This document shows, in pieces, positions 53,941 through 64,000 of a DNA stretch of 64,000 nucleotides (the first letter of the stretch is position 1; each line of letters opens with the position of its first letter). This DNA is from Vicugna vicugna. Taxonomy: Eukaryota. The notes under the pieces were generated by a model, which was given only the letters and a program-made list of their open reading frames with translations, did not search any database and was not told the DNA's origin. A program made the translations under genes and the position numbers. The DNA is taken from the NCBI GenBank assembly GCA_013265495.1, contig MU058134.1, forward strand, positions 62,001-126,000. Direction: 5' to 3'.

Positions 53941-55299
53941 TCACAACACAGTCTGATGCATCTCTCCTCCAACTGATGACTCAGGCATCCAGGTTCCTTT
54001 TCCTCCTGTGATATTACTCTCTTTAGCTTGTGATCGCCACAGCTGCTGTGGAGGGGAAAAGGAGGGCTGGAGATTGGCAGGGATGTTTTCAGGGGCCAGG
54101 CCTGAAACTTTTACCCACATTCCATTGGCCAGAGCATTGTCCTATGTCCCCATCCTAACTATGAAGGAGTTGAGAACTGTCTCTGTGTTCACAGGAGGAG
54201 GAAACGGGGCAGAGACTGTCTTCGCCACAGAAATGTTAACTCATTCTCTCTTCCCCTCTTCCCTGGTATCTTCCACTATTCCCACCCTCCCTCCCTTTCA
54301 GGAATAAAGCTGTTACAGGTGGAAGTACAAAGAGAAAGGAGAGTCAGAGCAGAGCTTTTTGAATTTCAAAAGGCTTTTGAAACATATAGCTTGAGAGAAA
54401 AGTCCCTGTTTTAAAAACTTGGTCTTTTTAACTCCCGAAGTCTAAATCCTGCATAACTCTGGACATGAAATCTACACCCTACAAAATCTAGAAGTTTTTT
54501 TCCAGAATCAGAATCAACTGGGACCCATCTTTTGCCCTCACCCAGGAGAGGCACATGTGGCAAGAGTTGAGGAGAGAGAGCTGAGTCCAGAGCAGACCAG
54601 AACTGAAGCCGCACATGGGGTCTCTGAGGATCCCTGCCTCCGCCTTCTCCTAGATGGAGCCTCGGGGAGGAGACGGGAGAAACAGAGCTCCAGGTAGCTG
54701 TGGCATCTGAAAGGAGGGGAGGTCTGCGCCCCGCCTCCTGTCAGAACATTTGTAGGGTTCCCCTCCAGCAAGGGTGTGAGGAGTAGCAGTGTCTCCTCTG
54801 TGTCTACACAGCAGGGGCCCAAGACAGCCTCCTGGAGATTCCCCAGACCCCAGAGCAGTGTGGGAGCAGCTGGTTTTCCCATGCCCTTGACAGAGGTGTG
54901 AAGCAGATACAACAGAGCCTTTCCTGGAGAGACCCTGGGTAAGCTCCTCTCTGGGTGGGTCAACAACTGATGACCAGACAGGACAGATCAGCAGAGGGCA
55001 GCTAGGGCAGATATTGACAGCCAGACAAGGACCCGGGGAAGATACCTGACCAGCGCCAGAGACAGCAAAGACCCGATATCTTGATGCAACAAAGGTCTGG
55101 AAGCTTCTGTCCCACGTGAGAAACAGGATCAAGATAGTTGCGTTCTGTTTCAGAAAACAAAAATCACACTTTTTCCCCTCTTCCCTATGAGATTTATATC
55201 TACCTAAATTAAAACATCCTAAAAAGTCTACAAAGACAAGCTGAGGCATGGAGGGGGCAGTGGACTTGGAGTAGGAAGTAGGGAGTTCATTTGTTAGTA

Positions 55300-55470
55300 A
55301 CCACTCAGCATGACCTTGAGCTTGTCTTTTCACGTCTCCGGATCTCAGTTTTCTCATCTGTAAAATGAGATGTAATACTACCCGCTTCGCGGACATGCTG
55401 TGAGGACTAAATGCAAAAAAAAAGCCCGTGGTTCAGGGCCTGGCACATATCAGGGGTTCAGTGAATATCT
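55300..55470 (+). mobile_element. MIR SINE
   Basis: tgaccttgagc...ctcagttttctcatctgtaaaatgag...gtgaggactaaatg...gcctggcacata. Confidence 0.85.
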
Positions 55471-57099
55471 GAACCTTCCCTGCCTTCCCCTTCTGAGGTC
55501 ATTTCCAATTTTGAAACACCATAATTTTTTGTGGGAAAGATGCATACATGAGGTTACATATACGGGAAACTGGAAAATAAAATTAAATAAAATGTCTTCT
55601 TTACTCTGTAAGGAAGCAATAAAATCTAGGAAGAGGCAGAAAACAAGCAATGAAAACCCAAGTTGGGAACGGAGTGGAGGGTAGCAGGCTGAGTGAGGGC
55701 GGTGACGGCACTAAATGAAAAACAACAACTCAATACCCTGCTATCATCCTTCATCAAACTACAGAAATAGAAACCAGACACATTATGTGAAGGATGAAAT
55801 GGTTGGCAAGGTTCTGGCCTATAGGAAAAACCCAGGTTCAATAATGCCATGAGCAGAGGGAGGTAGGAAAGTGAGGTCAAAGTCAATGGCAGGGTTTGTG
55901 TCTGGACAGCTGGTTTTACAGTCCTAATGAGGCTGAAACATCACACGCTCCTCTTTCGCTGAACTCCGTTTCTCATTAGGCTCTGTATCTGCACCCAGAT
56001 CAGCCCGCCACATGGCAGGAGTGGCTGCCCCTTCATCCAGCTGATGAATTATCAAGAGTATTCTCTGCCTTTCTTTTTTGGGAAAAGAATGCTTTGGAGT
56101 AGAAACCGCTGTCTTCTATTAATATCTACTCTTCTCTGATTAAAGAGATGATAAATTTGGGGGAAGGACTCAGGCCCTGAGCACTCAGTCTTTATTTAGA
56201 AGAGTGCATGGTTAAGACAGCCTTTCCAAGATCTTCTGCTCTGCTCTGGGTCTTTATCTGTTCTTCCAGGGGGAATGTGAGAGCAAGGCTGTGTTTCTGA
56301 ATACTTTCAGGGCTGTTGGAATAACCATATATTTTGTGTCAAGCTCTGCACTTGGGGCCAGGGACACAGAAATCAAGGAAAGGATTAAGAGAGTGCTCAT
56401 GTTCTCAAAGAGCTTATAAATGCAGAGATTTACACCACCAGCTTGTCTGATGGCTGACAGTAACCAGAGTACAGGGTTAACAATAACTGGTATTTAAACA
56501 GACCTTTCATGGGATCTGTTATCTCCTGTGGGCCCACAATGGCCCTGTGGCTAGGTGCTCCAGCACCCACTTATTTCTCCTTAAGTCTCAGTTTGAAGTC
56601 CACTGGCTTGAGTCCTGTGCTCCAACTCCAAGCCCAGAGCTATTACCACCTTATCTCCTAGGGAGCAGTGCTGAACTCTTTCTAAGCCCTTGCAAGCACT
56701 CAAGAATGTACTCATTTTTGACACAACACTGTAAAATGATTATAAATCAATAAAAAATGTTAAAAAAAAAAGAATGTACTGATTTTTTATCAGAAACCAT
56801 AGCCTGGAAAACTCCTCCTCCTTTTAAAAGACCCAGATCAAACATAACATTCTCGCTGAAGCTTGCCCCATGTCCCTGGGGCAGGAGTCACATCTTCCTA
56901 TATGCTTTGGGCACATATACTAATCATATTAATGAGGATAACAGAAGTAATAATAGTAGTAAAAAGGTCTAAGTTACCATTTATTGAGTGTGTCTGTGGG
57001 CCAGGTGTCATGCTAAGGGCTTTGCATGCATTATGTAACGCTCAAAAGAACCCCAGGGGGAGATACTATTATTATCCTCAGTTTACAGATTATATCACT

Positions 57100-57560
57100 T
57101 AGGAGTCAAGTTTGGCTGCACGTAGAAACCTATCCACAGTGGCTTAAGCAAGTGGGGCTTATTTTGCTGAAATAATGATAAATCAGAGGTGGACAGGCTG
57201 GGGCTGGTATGGTGGCTCCACAGGACCATTCTTAGCATGTAGCTTTTGTTATGATGGACACAAAAGGGCTGCCATTTTTCCAATCTGTGTTCCAGTTGGG
57301 AGGAAGGATAAAAGGCAAAAATCAAAGGATGGAGGGCAAAGAGCCTTTTCTTCCTGTGGTTTTGTCTTATTAGTCAGGAAGGGGTGCTAATTCCCTGTTT
57401 ATATCTCTCTGTCCAGAACTGTGTCATGTGGCTACAAAGGAGTCTGAGAATTCTTTTTTCTTTTTAAAGCTGGGCAGATTTCTGCCCTGAACAAAACTGA
57501 GATTCTGCTAGTAAGGACCAAGAGGGGGATGAATACTGGGTTGCTACCTGTGCTTGTCCC
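57100..57560 (-). mobile_element. MLT1-type MaLR LTR inserted in a MIR
   Basis: ggctgcacgtagaaacc...cagtggcttaagcaa, ccagaactgtgtcatgtggc, aacaaaactgagattctgctagtaagga; MIR pieces on both flanks. Confidence 0.75.
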
Positions 57561-57754
57561 ATAAATGAAGAAAATTGGGCCTTAGAAATGCTAAGAATCT
57601 CTCTTGTCTAAAGTCAGATTTATGGCTGACCTCTGTGTGACACCAGAGTCTGTGTTCTTGACAGATATGAGAGATGACCTCTTTATCATGAAGCATTATA
57701 ATTGTCTTTTTATTTGTTCATCCCTCCTTCCCTAGTCTGTGAGTTCCTTATTCA

Positions 57755-57911
57755 CTTTTAAAATATTTAATTTACATATTATTTAATTATTTTACTTTGG
57801 TGGGGACAAAGGTAATTAGGTTTATTTATTTTTAGAGGAGGCACTGGGGATTGAACCCAGGACCTTGTGCATACTAACCATGTGCTCTACCACTTGAGCT
57901 GTACCCTCCTC
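57755..57911 (-). mobile_element. tRNA-derived SINE (camelid vic-1 type)
   Basis: ctggggattgaacccaggacc...gctctaccacttgagctgtaccctcc, with a T-rich tail on the left. Confidence 0.9.
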
Positions 57912-59019
57912 TCTCCTTATTTGTCTTGGTATCCCAGACTCTTGCCCTTAGTTTGTTGAATGGATAAATGAATGAATGTTAGGACTTGGTTTCTGCAGCT
58001 AAAAATTCTTTCTAGGAAAATATTTTAATATTGTCCTCTTCCACTGTAACGTTTTATAACCACCTGCTTCCAAACAGGTGGTTGCAGATGTATGTGAAAG
58101 AAATGATCCTGATTTTTGTGCTGCCCTGGGTGCCTTTGGCCTCTTCTACTATTTACAGGTTTCTATTCTCTCCCTCCCTGAATGCTTAATGCTTGTTTAC
58201 AGGGCGTGGTCCAATTTCTCTTTGTTCTGCCTGGTCATACAAACGTTCCCATATCACATCACTCTATTTCTTCGGGATACGTGTGCTACTTGAAAAACAA
58301 TAATTTGAGTCACAAGTAGCCCTGATCCCAAATCTCATTTCTTCCTGCAGCAGTCCAGGAAGGACCCAGCATCATTTAGGTACCAGTATTTTGGCAAGGT
58401 AGATTGGGAGGGGAAAATAATTCTTAAGATACCAGTCTAGAAAGTAAACTTGTCAGAAAACCAAACACTGATGCCCCTAGGTTTAAAAAAGAAAAAGCAA
58501 TTGTTGTTCCACAAGCCATCAGGAAGTATCCCAATTTTTCTTCAAATCCATAATGCTTGGATGAAGCCCCATCTGCTGTGAGGTACCGGCTGATTTAGGT
58601 TGGAACCACCTAATTCAGCTCAAGCACAAACTTGCAGGCACTTGGACTTCCAACACAATGGCCCAAATAGCAGTATTAAGAGATGCCTGGGCTTCTCCTT
58701 CCAGCCATGGGCCCCTAGCCAGTAGCTTACTGTCACTAAACAAATTAGATGATAAATATTTACCACTTATTAGCAGATACTATATGTTAGGCACTATGCT
58801 AAGTGCTTTATATTGTCTCCTTTAGTCCTTAGAACAACACTGTGATATTATTGTCATCTTACAAACAAAGAATTTAAGGCGTGGTGAAAATAATCAATTT
58901 GCTCACCAAATGGTGACTTGGGGAGCTTTGTCTGCCCATGTTAATCTCTAGCAGCCTCATGAAAGGATTACATAAATTACCTTATGTAATTTAAAAAAAA
59001 CCCAGTGGTAGTGATAATG

Positions 59020-59225
59020 ACATATTCTTATCATTTATTGAGTGCTTACGATAGGCCAATCTGTTCAAAGTTCTTAATGTGTGATAACTCATTTAAACCC
59101 TCACAGTAATTTTTCAGGAAGGTACTAGTATTAGCCTAGTTTTCAGATGAAGAAATTGAGGCATAGCGAAGCTAAAGTTTTCACAAGGCACCATGACTTG
59201 TAAGTAGCAGAGCTAAAACTTGACT
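59020..59225 (-). mobile_element. MIR SINE
   Basis: atttattgagtgcttac...ctcatttaaaccctcaca...tttcagatgaagaaattgaggc. Confidence 0.85.
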
Positions 59226-59533
59226 ATTTTTATCGGTGTATAACACAGCCTAGTTAAAACAGTATGCTCACTATGAAAACTCAGCTTCAAGACAAGCCCT
59301 CCCTTACAACCAGTCTGCAGACCCTAATCCCTTTTGGTATAGAAATTCTTCAGTCATCACTGTCTAACATCAGTGGGCAGTAGGTGGTATATTCTAGATT
59401 CAAACCTGGGTTGGTCTGACTCCAAAGCAGGGATCTTTATCACTGTACTGTTCCAGCACCAGCCAGGTTAAACCTAAGTTCAAAGGACAAATTGTAGACC
59501 CATCTGGACATGCCCTGAGAATTTAATCTATCC

Positions 59534-59908
59534 CGCAGTTTCTCAACCTCAGCTACTATTGACATTTTGGGCTGGATAACTGTTATGGAAACTGCCCTGT
59601 TCATTGTAGGATGTTGAACAACATTCCTGATCATTCTTGGTCGCTATCCACCAGCAGCACACCCCCACCCGGTGTAACAACCAAAAATATCTCCAGATGT
59701 TGACAAATGTCTTGGGGGAGAGGGGAAGGGGCAAAACTTCAAGCCTGGTCTTATTACTGTATTTTATTTCAGTGGTGGATGAGGAAATTGGGCTTATTTA
59801 TTTTTAGAGAAGGTGCTGAGGGTTGAACTCAGGACCCTGTGCATACTAAGCACATGCTCTACTGCTTGAGCTATAATCCCCCACCTCAAATCTAGTTTCA
59901 AACCACTG
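59534..59908. mobile_element. MER20 hAT MITE interrupted by a SINE
   Basis: ttctcaacctcagctactattgacattttgggctggataa...acaaccaaaaatatctccaga; terminal aaccactg lies beyond the SINE. Confidence 0.9.
59752..59886 (-). mobile_element. tRNA-derived SINE (camelid vic-1 type)
   Basis: gggttgaactcaggaccctgtgcatactaagcacatgctctactgcttgagctata. Confidence 0.88.
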
Positions 59909-60579
59909 ATCTAAGCTGTCTCCTCATTTTGCAAATGATGGAGCAGGGATCCAAAGAGATGAAGCAACTTGTTTAAGCTAATTAGCAACATCCGTGTCAT
60001 TCATGCAACATGATTGTATTCCTATAATGTACAGGGCACAGCATGGAACCCAGAGAAAGTAGATGCCCTCTTGGTCCTTACACTCTGGTAGGAGAGAGAA
60101 GCTATTGCTCAAAAATCTCTAATTGCACGAAGTTGATAAGCAATAAAGTGTTAGGCAGCAAAGTGCAGAGAAAGAGAATATGATCTGGTGTGCTAAGATC
60201 TAGATCTGCCACTTTTTATCTGTGGGACTTAACAAAGGTTCAGGTTCATCATCAATGAAACAGAGATCATGGTATCTACTCTGCTTATATCATCACCTCC
60301 AAAAAGGGCCTGAGAACCCATTGTGCAAACTGTAAAGCTCTTAGAGACATTAGTTATTATTAATATGATCGGGAATGTGGTAATAATTATGATTAAAGAA
60401 AAGGCTTTCGGAACTGTGGAGAGTCATGCAGTGGTGGCTTCATTCCTGGATCTTCCGACTCGAGATGCTTATTTTTCTGTGGGAGAGGGAGCAGGCAAAG
60501 CTCCCCCCACCCTCAGAGCCTCTTCCCTCGTCTGGAACTGAGGCAGCCAGATGGGAGGATTTGGGGCACAACTTTACAC

Positions 60580-61200
60580 AGCGAGTCCTGTCAGAGGGTG
60601 TTGCTACGCGGCACTCGGGCCTCTCAAGCTCCGTCCTTTCTAGGCTGTGGCCCTGCCCTTAGGGAAACAGGCTCCGCCCCCTCCGCGCTGGAACTGCAGC
60701 CGCGCGCTGCCTCCAGCTCGGTCCCTCGCCTGGGCCGGAGATTCCCGAACTCCCCCGATCTCTTCCCAGCCTCCCTCGGGCGCCCGGTTGGGAGGCGGCG
60801 GAGATTGCCGAGGGGTGCTAGCCCCGCCCCCACCTCGGGCTCGGCCGCCGCCGCCCCCTGTCCCCCGCCACCCCGGCCTACCGCGCGGGCTGGAGTCCCA
60901 GATCCCGGGCCCTTCCTCCTTCTTTCTCTTTCCCCGCCTTCCCGGTGCTGCCACAGTTGCGGTCGGAAGATCCCGGCCAGTCAGCTCGTTCCGGCCTCGA
61001 GCCTCCCCCTCGCCCCAAATAAACACCCCTCCCCACGCCTCGAGATCCCGGACTGCCCCCTTCCTCCCTCGGCCAGGCTTGTGAGGGACTGTGTGAAGGA
61101 GCGAGCGCGGGCCGGCGGGCCTGCCACCTTCAGCTTTCTCAAGAGATAGAACTGGATAAACGCAACTGCCCTAAAACCCAGTCTCAAGTAGGGGGCGAGA
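60580..61200. promoter_or_regulatory. CpG island with GC boxes (promoter-associated)
   Basis: Sharp rise in GC and CpG in non-repetitive DNA; Sp/KLF boxes ggctccgcccc (~60670) and gccccgcccc (60821-60830). Confidence 0.9.
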
Positions 61201-61235
61201 AAAAAGAAATTGTTCAGGTGGGCTTGAAAACTTAC

Positions 61236-61468
61236 CTTTTTCTTGTAAAAAAAAAAAAAGATGATATCCAATAGAGAATTCATAGCTTTTGCTCTTTTAA
61301 TTCTGATTTACTTTGAAGAATCTTGTTCTGTATTTCCCACATGCAAATTGTACTTCAAAAAAGATCCACTCTGCTTCCTGTTGCAGAATCTACGGGGAGA
61401 GAAGACACTCCAGATACAGCCAGCTCTTCTACGAGGCCTGAGTTAGAGGCTTCGAAATGGCCTATATA
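61236..61468 (-). promoter_or_regulatory. Candidate TATA promoter and ~204-nt first exon of a minus-strand transcript
   Basis: TATATAGG at 61468-61461; TCA with A at 61439, 29 nt downstream; perfect donor AAG|GTAAGT at 61236/61235; octamer ATGCAAAT at 61341-61348. Confidence 0.5.
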
Positions 61469-62569
61469 CTATTGGCAGAAAACTTCTTACTTCTGCTCTT
61501 AGAAATTTCTAGGATAAAAAGGAAATATCCATACTATTCTGTGATAAGAACATCTCTAAATAGCCAGCTCTATTACTCCTAAAACGTTCCCTGGCAAAGC
61601 ATTTGAATTAAACACTTCCTCCTCCATCAGATATTTATAGGAACTTTATAAAAGGTAATAAATGCCCAGCAATCGGAGGGATAAGTACGCCACCTTTCCC
61701 ACCCAACCCTGAAGGATTTGCTACATGAGATAGTGAGCTCAGTTCATCCAGAATCATAGCAAGCCATGGTCTAATTAATCCCAGACAAGACTGTCAACAG
61801 GCAGATTCTGCCCACAGAGCTCTTTTCTCCTCCTAGTTCATCCTAATGGCTACCTCCCACTTCAGTTACCAAGGGCTCCACCCTTGCACCCTACTCCAAG
61901 GGGAAAAGCACACTTTCAAGGTCCCATTGAGGTATAGACTACTAAAATTTACAAACTTCACTGTCTTTTAAGTCAAATATTTTCTAATGACAGACAAAGC
62001 TCTGAGCTCAGGTAAAGGCTCAAACTGACGTGATCTAATTGAATTCTAGCTTCATGATTTATGTTTCTGTAACTTTAAAGCAAGTTTCTTAAGTTCTCCT
62101 AGTTTCCTATTCTAGAAAAAGTGTTAGATATAATAATTATTATACATCCTAATGATACTGATAAAATGTATTATAGTATAAATAATTACAGTGAAGCCTA
62201 CTAACTAAAATTTCTATATTTTGAAGTCAGTAGTCACTAAGAAAGGGAGAAGACAGAAAATGGAAAGAAAAACATTTTAACATTTTTTTATTTTTAAATC
62301 CACTCTTAAGGTATAATTTACATACAATAGAATGCACCATTTTAAAACATACAATAGATGACTTTTGACAAAGGTATACACTCATATAAATGCCACCACA
62401 TGGGAGAAAGTTGCTAATTTTATTCTTGTACTCAAAGGACAAGATTTTGGCTTTTTTGTGTATTCTCTTCATATTTATATTCTATTTTTTTCCCTTCTGT
62501 TCTTTATTATTTGGTATCATTATGTGATTCATTCTGAAGGTATGAGTATGGTTTATATACTTCTATAAT

Positions 62570-63095
62570 TATTTATTTATTAATTCAACAAATGTTTATC
62601 GACCACTTAAAATATACCTGATGCTATCCTAGGCCCTGGAGATTTAACAGTATTTTTTGAAGACACAAATCCCCGTGTCTTTATAAATTGTGTTCTAGTA
62701 CCTATACTAGAAAACAGAATGAGTAACTCAACTGTGCACTATGTTAGAGAATGTTAAGTGCTAAGGGTAAAACTTAAGCAGAGATGGAGGAGTAGGAGTC
62801 ACAGAATGTGAGCGGGTGGGAGCTGCAATTCTGGGAAGTTGGAAAAGTTGTTACTGAGAAGACACATTTCAGTAATAAGCTGAAGTGAGTGAGGAGGTGG
62901 CCATGCCTACGTAAGGAGAAGGAACAGCTAAGGCACAGAAAGCAGGCTTCCCAAGGCTCTCAGGCAGGAGGACGCCTGATGCCGAGTAGAAAGTCACAGC
63001 AACAATGGTGTAAGTGTCACAAACACTTGTGAGAGCTGAACCCTAGCAGAATGAGATGACAAGAGTGGAGATGTGGTGAAGGAAGCCGTTTGGTG
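62570..63095 (-). mobile_element. L2 3' end (antisense)
   Basis: attcaacaaatgtttatcgaccac...ctaggccctggagat...actgagaagacacattt...gaagtgagtgaggag. Confidence 0.8.
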
Positions 63096-63099
63096 GGAT

Positions 63100-63385
63100 T
63101 GTTGCCGAACTTCAGTTTCTGTGCCACCGTTGTCAAATTGAAACTCGGAGACAGAGTTTGGATAAAGTAGGCAAAACAGCTTCATTTCCTTGCCAGGCAA
63201 AGGAGGTCACAGTAGGCTAGTGCCTTTAAGTCTGTGAGCCTGATTTGGAGAAGGTGGCTGGGGGCTTTATAGTAAAAGGCCAAGGAGCAGTGCGCCTGGT
63301 AAGAATCAGGGCAAACCCAGAGCTGCATTTTCTTCTTTGATACAATCATGCTGGTGTCAGGGAAAATCTGGTGACTTAATTTATT
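63100..63385 (-). mobile_element. ERV1-type LTR fragment
   Basis: Begins tgttgccgaac; ggagacagagttt...agcttcatttccttgccaggcaaaggagg resembles antisense ERV1 LTR R/U5; right boundary uncertain. Confidence 0.6.
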
Positions 63386-64000
63386 TTATTTTTAATTTTA
63401 CTTGATAATTTGTCCCTGATTTCTGACATCCATTTTGATGATAAATCAGTTCTGGCCTTATTGAATCTGTGTTACATATTTTCTGGATCAAGAGTCAATA
63501 GCATAAAGTCACTCCAAGTAACTTATGAAATTTTGATTTGTTATTTATATTTGTTAAATAGGTTATTTCATTATAGATGCTCTTTAACTACATGGAAAAG
63601 GCTTTAAAATTAAAAAGGAAAATCAGAAAATATAATAATATTATAGGATGATTGAAATTATATAGATATGTTTGTATATAAGCAGAGAATAAAGTAAAAC
63701 AATGAGAACTATTTGTAGGTTGAAATTCTGAAATATGTTTTTAAAATTATGTTTTAGAGAGAAAAATTGGAAGAACACAAACTTCTAGAAGACAGTGGTA
63801 GGAAAATCAGATATGAGAGAGGACATGACACAAGTTATAGAAATGCAAGAAGTAGCACAACAGGTTGGATCGATAGGATGTGAAACTTAATACCATGCAC
63901 CTGTTATAAGTAATGGGTTATTTCAAACATAGAGCAGTTTTCCTCAATATTGCTAGCCTCAGTGATTTACTCAAATAGCTTATGTGCCCTAACTGGCAAT

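Noticed and set aside
54650..55396. 248-aa minus-strand ORF
   Set aside because: Starts in a MIR (LILQMRKLR is the usual MIR translation) and has no recognisable homology
60598..61283. Overlapping Pro/Arg/Gly-rich ORFs in several frames
   Set aside because: Expected from stop-codon scarcity in a CpG island; none resembles a protein I recognise

Overview
Repeat-rich, non-coding mammalian DNA, very probably from a camelid (alpaca, llama or camel). The taxon call rests on six copies of a tRNA-derived SINE matching the camelid vic-1 type. I found no intact protein-coding exon; the ORF track is almost all spurious. Two processed pseudogenes lie on the minus strand: PUS1 (~36.75-38.28 kb, CpG-rich, catalytic Asp lost) and RPL21 (~50.99-51.53 kb). 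A CpG island sits at ~60.6-61.2 kb next to a minus-strand TATA/Inr first-exon candidate with a perfect donor site. Several more short minus-strand exon candidates (31.8, 19.4/18.9 and 11.3/11.1 kb) suggest the window is the long 5' non-coding part of a multi-promoter gene whose coding exons lie left of position 1. I cannot name that gene. The rest is L1, L2, MIR, MaLR/ERV LTRs and hAT/Tigger fossils, with several nested insertions that have readable target-site duplications (TSDs). The most striking unexplained structure is an 81-bp-arm inverted repeat at 34601-34799 with only 3 mismatches. Nothing here demonstrates a new biological system. Repeat subfamily names come from recall of consensus sequences, and repeat boundaries are approximate unless TSDs are given.
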